Shown one piece after another: positions 41,368 to 55,595 of a stretch of 64,000 nucleotides of DNA. The DNA is from the human T2T-CHM13v2.0 reference genome, Homo sapiens. The position numbers and the translations under genes are program-made. Location of the stretch: NCBI RefSeq assembly GCF_009914755.1, contig NC_060929.1. One strand, written 5' to 3'. The notes beneath the pieces were generated by a model. The model was not told where the DNA came from. It made no database searches and worked only from the letters and a program-made list of their open reading frames with translations. Position 1 is the first letter of the stretch. Each line of letters opens with the position of its first letter.

Positions 41368-42627
41368 TATTTTTTATGAAGATTGACTGAATGTAAACTT
41401 GGAAATGACACTATTGAAATTATTTGGTGCACGTAAAAGATGGATTGGTGCTATATTAGCATAAATCATATTAATCATACAGACAAAATATTAAACTGTG
41501 CTCTAGAAATTGTTAGTTAACAAAGTCAAGACTTATTCCCCAGAATATTCCTGTTTGGGGTTTATTATTTTTTTTTGTAACTTATTTCACCAGGATTCTA
41601 AAAACGACAAGTCAGAATGGAGAAGAAGTGGGAGCTTGCTCGGCTGTCATGCTTTCTCTCTCCTCCCGTCCCTCTTGGTTTGCAGACCCTCTTGGTTTGC
41701 AGAATGGAGGCAGTTCTGCTGACACCCTACAGATTCGCATTCGATGAGAGGCCAACCCTGAAGATGGTTTCAGTGTTCTTCCCAGGTCTCTGCTGTTCCT
41801 GTTTGGGTCTAACTTTAGACTAAGTGACAGGCGTGCCACCGTTTCTCAAAAACAGGTCATGGCAGGCCCCTGTGAGTTGTTCTAGTTTAATTGTGTGATT
41901 AAAATTAGAGAAGGGGATTTTATTTTATTTTATTTTTAGCTCAGAACCTAACTGAGTCATTGGTTTGTCCTAAAGATAAATTCTCTTTCTTTTCTTTCTG
42001 CTGCTGATGGATTTTTCAGTATTTTTTTTCCAAACTACCGGGATATCTGTGTGAAAGACAGGCAAAGTTTATCCATAGATTTGTTTACTTATTTTATGTT
42101 TAAACTGAATTATCTAGTACTTTGGCAAAGGACAAATTTTACAGCTTCTTTTTTTCTTTTCATGTATTGTTTTCTGTTTATGCTTTCATTTTTCTCTGAG
42201 TATTTCAGTTAGCTGGTGCTACTATGTTGTTAAATAATTCATACAGAGGTAGGGCATGACCATTTATGAAGTACTTCACATTTGTGATGATTGAAAAAAA
42301 ATCTGTCTTAAATGTCTGTATATTATTGTTGAAGATGAGGCTGTAGATCTCTTTTTCTTTTGGTTCATTCATTTTATATATATTTTATATAGAATATATA
42401 TTTAACAAATCGTAATCATACATAATTATGGAGAGATCTCTCATTCTGAACTAAAGAATGGCTCCCATGCCTGAGGCAAAGTAACAGTTGGGACATTATT
42501 TGGCCAATTTAGCTGGGATTAAGGAGAGAAAAAATAAGCAAAATTTACATTTCACCAAACAATTTCCCCAATTCATCTCCCCAAATACTCATAATTTTTC
42601 TCTTTTACATTTTGATCAAATTTTTAC

Positions 42628-44027
<1,400 letters not shown>

Positions 44028-44844
44028 CTCTTAGGCCAATTTTTGATGTGATATGTCCCATTTTCTGTTTGATTAGGTGTTAGCTTTAATATTGGCTGGC
44101 CATTGAGAACTTGATATCTCTCCCATACAGTATGGAGAAGAAATATTTTGTTTTATTCCCATTTATGCTCCATATGAACTTTAGGTTTTGCCTCCAGATA
44201 TTTTGCTTTATTTACTAACACCTCTAAAATCAGACTCATATAACTTTATTTAAAAAGCCATACTTTGTTTTAGTTCAAGAGAACAGAGCTATCTTCTGCA
44301 GTCTGCCCAGGTGTTAGGAAAAGATCAGAAATCAAACTGTAATTGATAACTAAATACTTGTACTGCATTTTTTAAAAAAATGAATTAACACAAGAAGTTT
44401 GTTCTTTAATTTAAGATCATTATACATTAAATTGCTCTAAGATAATTATATTTTGGTTTTATTTTCTTAAACCCTAAGTTATGATGGTCTATCTTTTGGT
44501 AGATCCAGTTGAGAAATGTCATACCATAGTGAAAGGCAGTGGGCTTGGGATGGGCAAATTCACTGGGGAAATATTATTTATTATATTACAAAAATTACCA
44601 CCATCATAAGATATATTCATTTTAGAGTGGAAAGGAAACTTAAAAACTCTCTCCTCTAACTAATTTGTCTTAATTTTGAATAAAATGACTTGCCTAAGTT
44701 CATTCATTTATCTAGCTGCCAAACAGGATCAGAATTCACTTGTCATGAGATGAGCAATTCCATCCAGATTAGAAGTTTAACTGTTCAAGAACTTATATAT
44801 CAGTTATATATATTATATTATTTATATATTGCTATATGTATTTT

Positions 44845-44962
44845 ATATATATATAAAGTAGAGAATACACACACACATATTGCAGAGATATGAAACTGAC
44901 TGCATAAAGCATTTTGGAGATAATATATATAACAGAGAATACACAAACACATGCACGTGCAC

Positions 44963-45007
<45 letters not shown>

Positions 45008-45055
45008 GATATATATATTGCAGAGATATGAAACTGACTCCATAAATCATTTTGG
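44845..45055. repeat. Two-copy tandem duplication containing a (CA)n(TA)n microsatellite
   Basis: ATATTGCAGAGATATGAAACTGACT(G/C)CATAAA(G/T)CATTTTGG occurs twice, each preceded by AGAGAATACAC. Confidence 0.9.
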
Positions 45056-47284
45056 TGACTGAAGGCATGGCCATCTGAATTGCATTTGCTATTTTTACCT
45101 TAAATTCAGTGACTAGAACCAAGAAATGTTGAAAAGAAATTCATCTCTGCTTGGAACCAAATGTACTAAGGAGAAATTAACTTATTTAAGGAAAAAAAAA
45201 TACACAGCTAACTAGGCTGCTTTTGATGATTCACCAAGAATACATCCTTTAAATGATACCAAAAAATGAAAATAAATGTTTTCTAAAGAAAGCCATTAAT
45301 ATGCTTGCATTGCCTTTACCCTTTCTAGCAATCAGCCAGGAACTTTGGATCTAATAACTCAATTTCTCATTCCTATGGCTTCTTTCTGATTCTTGGGATT
45401 GGTGACAGGGAAAGACACCATGGAAGCTAGGGCACACCAGAGACTTGAGGAGATTCAGATGTCATAACTGCTCTTTAATTTCTTGGAACAGCCTTCCTTG
45501 CTTCCTGGAGTCCCCACAGAAAGCAGTGGGGCAGCCACCTGGTGACCCCTTTATCTGAAGGTGAAGGTGGGTAAAGAATGCCCATTTTGAGCTTCCAAAA
45601 TCAGCCTTTGTCTTCCTGGTGTTTCAGACTCTAAGATGAGGATGCAGAAAGAGAAGGAAAGGAAGTACAGCCTCCTTAGAAGGCAGAGAGAGAATCTCTG
45701 CTTTTCTAAGCATCTTCCTATTGCGTTGCTGATTAGAATTTTATAGGGAACATAAAGTCTGAAACCCTTACTCTCCACATTTGCCTAGTCAGGGCTGTTT
45801 CTCTTGGCTTTGCACTCAATTATTCAAAAGCAGACATCACTAAGAAACTCAGGAGGTGAGCCCATGGAAGCCAGGGAGGCTGACAGTCAGCTTGTAGTGT
45901 GCAGTGTAGCAAGCAAGGCTTCACGTCACGATTGCATGAGAAAGCCATGCTTACAGGTCCTCTCTCCATTCGGCTTTAGTGGTTGCACGTGTCCATCAGC
46001 TTGTGGCTGAGCGCAAGGAAGCATATAGCTTTCAATGGGGACACAAATGTTCTCAAAAGTGTGTTTAACTCACCTTCAATCATACATCATTTACGCACCC
46101 AGGGCGTTGAATCTGGGGAACATGAACAGACAGAGATGACAGAAAGAAAATTGGTATCAAAAAGAAAAGATTTTATTTAAGTTATGTTTTGATTGTTGTT
46201 TTCTTTGTTGAAGATTTGAAACTGCTTTATGAGTGGGAGAATGAACAGAATACTTGAAGAGAGATATGAATACAGAAGTCGCTTTTGGTAAAAATAAGGT
46301 TTTTTACTGGCATTTACAAATTTTTATTAGCAGAATTTTAAGTCATTCACATAGGCCCCACTACTGCAAAGAAGCTAATATTTCTGATTCCTTTAAAAAC
46401 TATATTTGGACAAACCAAAAGAACATGAATCAGAATCTCAATGTAGGAGGGAATGTTATTTGGCAACCTGCTGACCCTAGAGAACTTCTTTTTGAGAGGA
46501 CACTTTTTTTTCTTATCTCTGAATATAATCTGATTAGCTCTCATCATTTAATTCAACAGAGTAACATACAGCCAAAAAAAAAAAAAAAAACAAGTAATCA
46601 GTGAAAGGAAAACATAACATGAGTTTTACCAAATATCTGGTCCCTAAATAAATTCTTCCAAAATAATGCAGCAGTAAATACGACCTAAGGAAACGTGTAA
46701 CGACATTTTGCCAGGGGTGGGACAGAACAACATGGCCTAATCATGAAAGGTCACCTACCCAAGTCCGCCAAATAGCAAGTTACCTAAAGAAGTCATTTGA
46801 GAACAAAGTATTTTTATCTATTTGTTTAAAGAGGATATTGGACTACAGGAAAGGATCTCAACCTCTTTTTTTCCTTTCTTGAACCAAATGCTTTGAAAAA
46901 TGACCGTCAAACAAGATGCATTTATTACATTATGGTTAGTTAATTTTCTCAACTTATCAATTACAGGTAAATGTAACTGTCAACCAGAATTTTTTATCAG
47001 CATGAGATAGCTCCTATTCATACACGGAGCTGCTTTTATTCCAGAAGAGAATGAGGGAAGTAATGAGCTACTTTATTTGGTCTGCCCAGTTATTTTTATT
47101 AATAAACATATGATTTATCCATGAAATCTGTTTTAAATGTACAAATGTTTTCTCTTAGACTTTTTAAGATATTAAAATTTGCTCTCATGCCACATATTGG
47201 TAAATAGGCGAAATAGAGTTCTCCGAGGTCATTTCATCCTCTGATAATCAGTGATAAATTGCTCTTGTAGCCTCTGCCAAGAAC

Positions 47285-48095
47285 TGTGACGGTTCTGAGA
47301 TTTCACCCTACTTGTAAGCTAACAAGTCTGCCAGTTTCATGGATGCTGGCAGAAGCCATAAGCCTCCTGGGTCAGAGACAGAGGGCAGTTTTGTACGCAC
47401 AGCAAGGAATGTAGCCAGAATATTGGCATTTGTGCCAGTTCTCCAAGCCCCAACTATTTTTTTTTTTCTTGAGACAGAGTCTCACACTCTGTCACTCAGG
47501 CTGGAGTGCAGTGGCATGATCACGGCTTTCTGCAGCCTTGACCTCCTGGGCTCAAGCAATCCTTCCACTTCAAGCCCCAAGAGTAGCTGGAACTACAGGT
47601 GTACGCCTCCACACCCAGCTATTTTTTTATATTTTGTAGAGACAGGGTCTTGCCATGTTGCCCAGGCTGGTCTTAAACTCCCGAGCTGAAGTAATCCGGA
47701 CACCTTGGCCTCCCAAAGTGCTGTGATTATTTGCATGAGCCATCACCAAGCTCCAGCTTTTACAGAGAAACACGAGAAAAGCCAGATCATACCTGTGTGC
47801 ATAGTGAGGTGAATTACAAGAGAAAAAAAAAAAAACCTGTGTATAAAAAGACCGAATCTTTTTTAATGGATAGTACGCATGCCTGCTCCTTTGCTCCAGA
47901 ACAGATAATATCTTGATCATCCAAGTCTGTAATAAAACCTGTGCTTTGCTATGGTAGAAGGCACTATCTTTGTCTTCTATGGCTGTTTGCTATGCAATTT
48001 GCTCTGAAAAGATAGTCCAGACCAAAAGCAGTCAGTGCCTCTGCTTGCAAAATGTGCAGCAACAAAGGAGAAGCCTAGAGAATTGTCTCCCAACA
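47285..48095 (-). mobile_element. ERVL solo LTR (LTR40-like) interrupted by AluJ
   Basis: Minus strand begins TGTTGGGAGACAATTCTC and ends ...GAACCGTCACA; family name from memory only. Confidence 0.6.
47457..47745 (-). mobile_element. AluJ
   Basis: GCAGCCTTGACCTCCTGGGCTCAAGCAATCC (J-type); degenerate TSD CCAAGC(C/T)CCA(A/G)CT. Confidence 0.9.
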
Positions 48096-48317
48096 GCTTC
48101 CTTATCGATAAGTGTAGTCTACATTGGCAAATATTTTCATTGGCATAGAAAACACATCAGATTTATTACCAAGGAAATGAAGTTAAAATAATGTATTTGT
48201 CATCTGCCATGTCCCAGCTACTTTACTAGGTACTAGGGTTGCAGTGGTGAGAGCATTCTGGAAAATCTAATGGGGTACAAAGAAATGGTAAAATAATTTC
48301 TCACATCCACTTCTAAA

Positions 48318-48422
48318 CCTCCTTCTTCCTTCCATCCTTCCTTCCTTCCTACTTTATTTTTTTATCCTTTCTTTCTCCCTTCCTCCCTTCTTCCCTTCTT
48401 TCCTTTTTTCTTCCTCCTCCTG
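48318..48422. repeat. CT-rich low-complexity (CCTT)n-like tract
   Basis: Near-pure pyrimidine run on the plus strand. Confidence 0.8.
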
Positions 48423-49984
48423 TCCTATCAATCTATTTATATTTATTTATGAAAAACCTTCTATTTATATACCCAGTACTGTTGTAGGTGCTGACAACAT
48501 AGAAATAAATTAGACAAGGTACCTTCTCCCTTCATGGAGATTGAATCATGGTAATTAGCTTTCATGCAGGTGATGTCACAAGACTACGGCAGATGGAAAC
48601 ACAGAGCATTACCCAAAAGAATCTACAGGGGCAACCACCAAACAGTCCCTCATGTCCACCGTGCCCTTTGAGAAGAGAGAAGAGAAGTGATCGCATCCAA
48701 AATTCTGCCAGCAGGCAAGGGAATGTTCCCATATGCCTTTTAAACTGGACTAGACGGCGTGTTGTTCGGGAACATCTCTATTATAGTAGTCCTGCTCGGA
48801 GTTTGGGAAAGAATTGTTCAAATCATACGGGAGGCAGTTCTTTGAAAGCCCCAGCTAATGTTAAGAGAAAACAGATTTACAATCCGAGGCCAAACTTAAT
48901 AATACATAACGAATTGCAGCTCTGTTTGGGAATCCCCCTAGGTACCGTTCCTAAGGATTCCGAGTGTTTAATTGAAATTTCTTCTGGGACAGTAGTAATC
49001 ATTCACTTAAGCATTATATTTATATTTGTGCATGAAGAAAGGAAGTCAAAGGGCTAATAGACCGACTGAGTAGAATGGCTGCTTTCAGCTGTGGGCCATT
49101 GACGAGCCGGCAATTCTCCAAGGGGCGCTTATCCTGGCGACAGCTTGCTTAGGTTGTCCTCCAGGGACTGTGGGAGGAGGACAGCACTGTGACTGACAGC
49201 TGTTTCTTCCTAGACTGAGATAGAATACATGATCCCAGTGTAGCCCGTTTAATCAAACTGTTTCAGTCTACAGGATTAAAAAACCTCAAGATGGAAAAGT
49301 ATTCCGGTAGAGATTTATTCTTAGAAAGGCTATTCTTTTTACCCTGATGGTTAACATAGAGTGTTTTAACCCCAGGGGACTTGTGCCTTCATGATTTCCA
49401 AAGCAACATTAATGAGTAACTATTATTCTAGGAGTATTTCAGCCACTAAAATTGGCAATGGAGTCAAAATGAAAGTCATGCCGTTACAATAATACTGCCT
49501 TCTTGGCATCGTCAGATTTCCTATCTTCTTTCAGTTCGTGATCTCAGAGAATTGCATTAACTTCAACTAGTTTATTGCATATTCTGTAAGTCTTAAGAGT
49601 TGACCCCGTTGTTGTTTGCTGGTTTTTACAGGTACAATTTTCACCTACATACACAGAAATACTTAAATTCAACTGGTTTAGTTTCTTCACAGCTATATTG
49701 AGGTATAGTTTACAAATTATAAAATTCCCCCACTTCAAGTGTACAATTGAATTAACTTTAGTAAATTTCTAAGCTGTTATATTCTGAGTTGCGTTGCCAC
49801 AATCCAATTTTGGACCACTGCCATCACTCCAAAAGGATTGCTCATGCTCACTTGCTCCCACCTTCAGCTCCGGGCATCAACTGGTTCAACTTCAACCTCA
49901 CCTTGTCATGGTTGGTGCACGTCATCTAATAGATCTAGGTGTAGTTTCCTCAGATGTGAGCTATAGTCTGTATGTCTGAATACA

Positions 49985-50135
49985 GTAGCTATTATTATCC
50001 TTATTTTATAAATGCAAAAACTGGGATTTATAGAGACCAGGAAATATACCCAAGGTCCCAGAGCTAAGAAGCTACAGAATTTGAACTTAGTTTATTCTGA
50101 CTCCAAAGCCTCTTTGCAGTGTGCCACACCATCCC
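49985..50135 (-). mobile_element. MIR
   Basis: ATTATCCTTATTTTATAAATGCAAAAACTG...CCCAAGGTCCCAGAGCT...ATTTGAAC...TCTGACTCCAAAGCC. Confidence 0.7.
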
Positions 50136-51087
50136 TCCTAGTCTGAGAGTGAGCTAATTGTGGATCCTACTAGAAACTAGAGATTACTCAAAAATTATTC
50201 TTGTTATTATTGTGTGCATGTATATATAGATACATAGTAATTCTCTTTTCTTATTTCTCAATTATCTTATTGTAATTACTATATCTACACACACATATAC
50301 TGTATATATACATGATCTGTATATGTATATGTACACACACAGAATATGCAGTATATGTGTGTGTATATGTAAATATATGTATATAGCCTGTTACTTTTTT
50401 AATTTTGGTGATTGTGTTAGTGTTTGATGCCTAACAGTGTTCTGATACTAGCTTAGGTAAGAGTTATTTTCTTTCACATTAAAAAAGTTATGCTATCATC
50501 TCTTTTCTTATATACATGAAGACATCTCATCAAAAATTGCTGTATTGAAAGACAATATTGCCTATATTGAAAAATTATAATTTTACATATTGGTCAGCAA
50601 GTTATTTATGTCCAGCTGAATATTTAGGAATACTTGAATTTTTCAGAGTTTTTAAATTTATAGTACAAATAATCAGAAATCTAACATGTGGCATATCAGA
50701 ATGGTGTCAAATTATATCAATATGGACTCATACAGATTTTAATAGTCAGTTGTCAACACGTGATGCTCCAGCAAAAGGTGGAATAGGGCAGTGAGAACTT
50801 TTTTGGAGCTTCCAAAATCTGAGTTTGAGTCCCTGTTCTTATACTGGCCACTTTCATGTCCTTCCCTTGGGTCACTTAATTTCCCTGGTCCTCCTTGTTT
50901 GATACAAAAATGAGTCTGACTAAATGGCAGTTATTGGCATCAGCCAACTCACAATAGGAAGTCAATAATTTATTTTTTGGATCACTTAGTTGTATACCTT
51001 TCCTATAAAACACAACTTCAAACAATTCAATACTTTCTGCATCATTTGGGATAAATTGAAGTGATGGAATTATGAAAACCCATATAC

Positions 51088-51094
<7 letters not shown>

Positions 51095-51125
<31 letters not shown>
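51095..51125. repeat. (TG)n microsatellite
   Basis: About 15 TG units. Confidence 0.95.
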
Positions 51126-51130
<5 letters not shown>

Positions 51131-51133
<3 letters not shown>

Positions 51134-51958
51134 CCCATATATATGGGGTATATGTATATATCCTATCTATATATATACAAGATATATATATCCTATCCAT
51201 ATATATATGGAATATATAGACAACCTATCCATATATATGGGATATATATAGATATATATATGGGATATATATATATGGATATATATATATGGGATACATA
51301 TGTGGATATATATATATGGGATACATATATGGATATATATATGGGATACATATATGGATATATATATGGGATACATATATGGATATATATATATGGGATA
51401 CATATATGGATATATATATATGGGATATATACATATGGATATATATATATGGGATATATACATATGGATATATATATATGGGATATATACATATGGATAT
51501 ATATATGGGATATATACATACGGATATATATATATGGGATATATACATACGGATATATATATATGGGATATATACATATGGATATATATATGGGATATAT
51601 ACATATGGATATATATATGGGATATATACATATGGATATATATATGGGATATATACATATGGATATATATATATGGGGTATATACATATGGATATATATA
51701 TATGGATTATATACATATGGATATATATATGGGATATATACATATGGATATATATATATATATGGGATATATACATATGGATATATATATGGGATATATA
51801 CATATGGATATATATATGGGATATATACATATGGATATATATATATGGGATATATACATATGGATATATATATGGGATATATACATATGGATTATATATA
51901 TATGGGATATATACATATGGGATATATATGGATATATATATATGGGATATATATACAT
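51131..51958. repeat. AT-rich VNTR/minisatellite, unit about 26-32 bp: (AT)nGGGATATATACATATGG
   Basis: Over 20 visible tandem units; produces the spurious I/Y/G/W/D ORFs in the track. Confidence 0.97.
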
Positions 51959-52014
51959 AAGATCAACCACAATTAATTTCTTATTCCCATGAAATTTGAA
52001 ATCAATAATGCTGA

Positions 52015-52325
52015 TGACTAGGTGCATCTCCTCCAGGTAGTGACTGACAACAAAGCGTCTTTCTTCTGGTGACACCACCATCTTGAAGCCACACTTGCAT
52101 CATCAGGGAAAGAGAACATGGAGAAATTTCATAAGGTTTTTAAGTTCTCTTGTTTTTAAATGACACACATTACTTCTGCTTCACAAGAACTAGACACATG
52201 GCCTGACCTAGATGCTATGGGTTCACTGAGCAATAGCTCCTGACAGGGCATAGCCACTTTGCAGTGACAGTTCTATGGAAAGGGAAGCACTAATTCCGGT
52301 GGACAGTTAGTTCTCTCTGTTGCTC
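52015..52325 (-). mobile_element. MLT1 (J/K-like) LTR fragment
   Basis: GAAAGAGAACATGGAG...ACACATTACTTCTGCT...AGAACTAGACACATGGCC...GGTGGACAGTTAG. Confidence 0.6.
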
Positions 52326-52744
52326 AGGCTAAGTCTCAAAGCAGAACATATAGAGGTGATGAAAACCGGAAGCTGAATGGAGCCTTGGACATCGGAGCTA
52401 TTTGATATTGGGGGACAAGGAATGGTGAATAACTTGGTTTATTTGCCTAATAATGAAGGGATGGTCCTAATTAGCTGTTTTCAAAAGTTTGCTGGCCCCA
52501 AGTCATTATTTAAGGGGCAGCTGTAATCAGGTCCTCACCTGCTGGAGGCTATCGCAGAGTCCCCAGGGATCTGGGAACAAAAACAAAAAAACAAAAAAAA
52601 AAATAAAACCACAATTTCAAACCACTGGATGAAATTGCTTTAGGAGTCCCTCTCTCAACATTCTCTGATTTGAGGTCTTTAATATCTCTCTCTCCTGTTT
52701 TATTTTTTAATAAAAGTGTATTTAAGTGATGAGTGAAGAAAATC

Positions 52745-53085
52745 TAGAGCAAAGACTGAAGACTGGCAACTTAAAAGCCTATTTAATTTGGACTGTCCTT
52801 TTTCAAATTTTATTTTTTGCTATCATTTATCAATAGGTAAATATCACATAAAATCTAGATTTTAGGCTTTTCTAGAAACACTGCAAGATCTAGCAACATA
52901 AGCTCCACCTTCTTAAATGACAGAAGTCTACTGGAGCTGAATAGCAGCTGCTTTTCCCAAAGGGACCTGCACTCTTTCCTATTTTTCCACAGGCCCCCAC
53001 TGTTCCTTATTGCCTTCTACAATGGCTGAGTTAGCTTCTTTATGTTAACTGCCTTGATTTTGTAAGTCATTTGAATTTGCAAAAT
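52745..53085 (-). mobile_element. MER102-like hAT MITE
   Basis: AAAATCTAGATTTT...AGATCTAGCAAC...TTAACTGCCTTG...CATTTGAATTTGC; reverse homolog of 4415-4710. Confidence 0.55.
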
Positions 53086-54128
53086 GTGATCTAATGAAAA
53101 ATTGCGTGACCTTGTTGAAATTTTTATCTTTTTCAGGTAAGCAGATAATTATTAAAAACTTATGAGGAAGAATAAATTGAGTCTTTGATTATTCTTCAAT
53201 CTATTTTGCATAGAAAGTTTTGCCACGTGATCCTCCCCTTTTTGGAAGACATTTATTTGTAAAATAAATTTACAATAATTGTTCTCCCCCATTATCTGTG
53301 TTATTCCCTTTAGCCTTTGGGCTTACAGGATTTTAGGCTTCTGCTCCGAATTAATTTACGTAGTGATTTTCTGTTATCAGACAAAGGATCTACATAGCAA
53401 CAATACATATGAGAAAAGAGATGATAGCACAATTTTTATAAAAAATTTGGCAATCTTCTTCTTAGAGTTGTAGCTAATAACGTCTTTGTGAGGTTGTGTA
53501 GTGAAACTCTGACATATGTCATGGTTGTCAAAGTCGGCATTAACGCAAAATAATAAGTTATTTAATATAGGATTCAACTTTATTATTTTTTCAAGTAAGC
53601 TGTCTATCACCAAGTTCTGAAGTGGATTTCTTTAAAGTCTCCCTGTCTCCAGAGAAAAAGGGGAAAAGGCAATGTGTCCCTGGACAGGATCTATGACTCA
53701 TTACGTCAATCAAACCCCACTTCAGAAGGGAATAAAGAGATTTGTATCTCAAAGCGGCGCATAACGACTCCTCGGCTTTTCATTTCATATTTATGAGCGG
53801 TTTACTTTGAAGTGTTTATCAGCCAATGCGCAGAAACATGAGGGAGGCTTGCCCGAAACCATACTCATGCCTCTAATCTGTGAAATGCTTTCTGAGCAGA
53901 CTGGCTCATCAGCGCATGCCATGCAAAAATAAATACATAAATAAACTTTTTGTTATTTGAGGTCTTGGAGCCATGTCTTTATATAAACTATAAAAAAGGG
54001 ATAAATGGTGCTGAACGTTTTGAAATTGGTGTAACACAGGAAACTTGACTCTGTAATGTGCAGGGGGGTGGTGGGGGTGCAGAAAGTTTATTGCTTGAAA
54101 TAAAACCTGGTAGAAAGCAGACAAGTAA

Positions 54129-54546
<418 letters not shown>

Positions 54547-55364
54547 GTATATGGTGTTTTATTTAAAAGAAAATTTTTTTGGAGATGTTATTTTCGGAGT
54601 GGTTGGAGAGAGAGCACTGCCAAGATGTTGAAACCAAATGAATGAAATCTGTTTTATAATTTTTATCTGTACTAGTATCCCATGCATATTGTAAAATAAA
54701 TAAATGTGTAGAAGAAAAATGGAAGATGAAGAAGAAAGAAACATAGAATAAAGTATACATTCTTGATGAATGGAACTACGACCTTTTCTCTGCTTTCAGT
54801 CTAACTGGGTTATACATTAAGCAAACTACCTGTGTGTTTATTGAGCAACTACTACACTAGATCCTGGGTTTACATGGGTAAAGACCAGCCGGAACTGCCA
54901 AGGCAGATCTGGCGTGATGGGAGAGGATGCCAAGTCAACAAGTCAGTGTCCTTATGGTGTCACAGTTCCTGAGACCAAGGGCCACTCAATTCTCTACTTC
55001 TTTAAATTAGATCTCTTGCTTTTGTGCTCATGGCTCACTGATTTTATCCAAAAAGAATGTTTAAAGGCATAAGCCTAATTCACTTTAATAATCCACAAAT
55101 TAGGTCAGTGATTTGAACAGTTGTTGGGAGAAAATAAAATTTAGGAGTCCATAAACCATTGTCTTATAAAAAACAGTTTCATTTCTGTTTGCCCTTTTTC
55201 TATATATTCTCTACAAGCTTTCCCTTCACCCCCTCCCCTAAACCCTCCCCCATCTTCCAGTATTCTAATGGGAAAGGGGCTTTATGTCTAGTCCCTGGCT
55301 AGAGATAGTTAATCATAGAAGTTTAAAGCTGAAAGTCTTTATATTCTAGAAAGCATGGCTTGTG

Positions 55365-55595
55365 AGAGAGTATATAGCCTTTGAAGTCAAAAAAGAGACA
55401 TGTTTGAATTGAAGTTTCCCCACCTACTCGTTATGTGGCCTTAGGAATATTATTTCTTTCTTTTGAGCTGTATGCCTTCTTCATAGTTTTGTTCTGATAT
55501 TTTTCATGTAAAGTGTTTATAAGTCTGACACATAACACACGATCAATAAATATTAAGCCAGAAATGTTTGTTGAATGAAGAAATGAATGAATGAT
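55365..55595 (+). mobile_element. MIR/L2-end fragments
   Basis: GCCTTTGAAGTCA...TTATGTGGCCTTAGG...ATGTAAAGTG...ATGTTTGTTGAATGAAGAAATGAATGAATG. Confidence 0.5.

Noticed and set aside
51131-51958. Possible CRISPR-like array
   Set aside because: Units are contiguous with no unique spacers, there are no cas genes, and the context is primate DNA.
51098-52081. Long ORFs of 124-292 aa in several frames
   Set aside because: Translations of the AT-rich VNTR, which lacks stop codons; low-complexity I/Y/G/W/D repeats.
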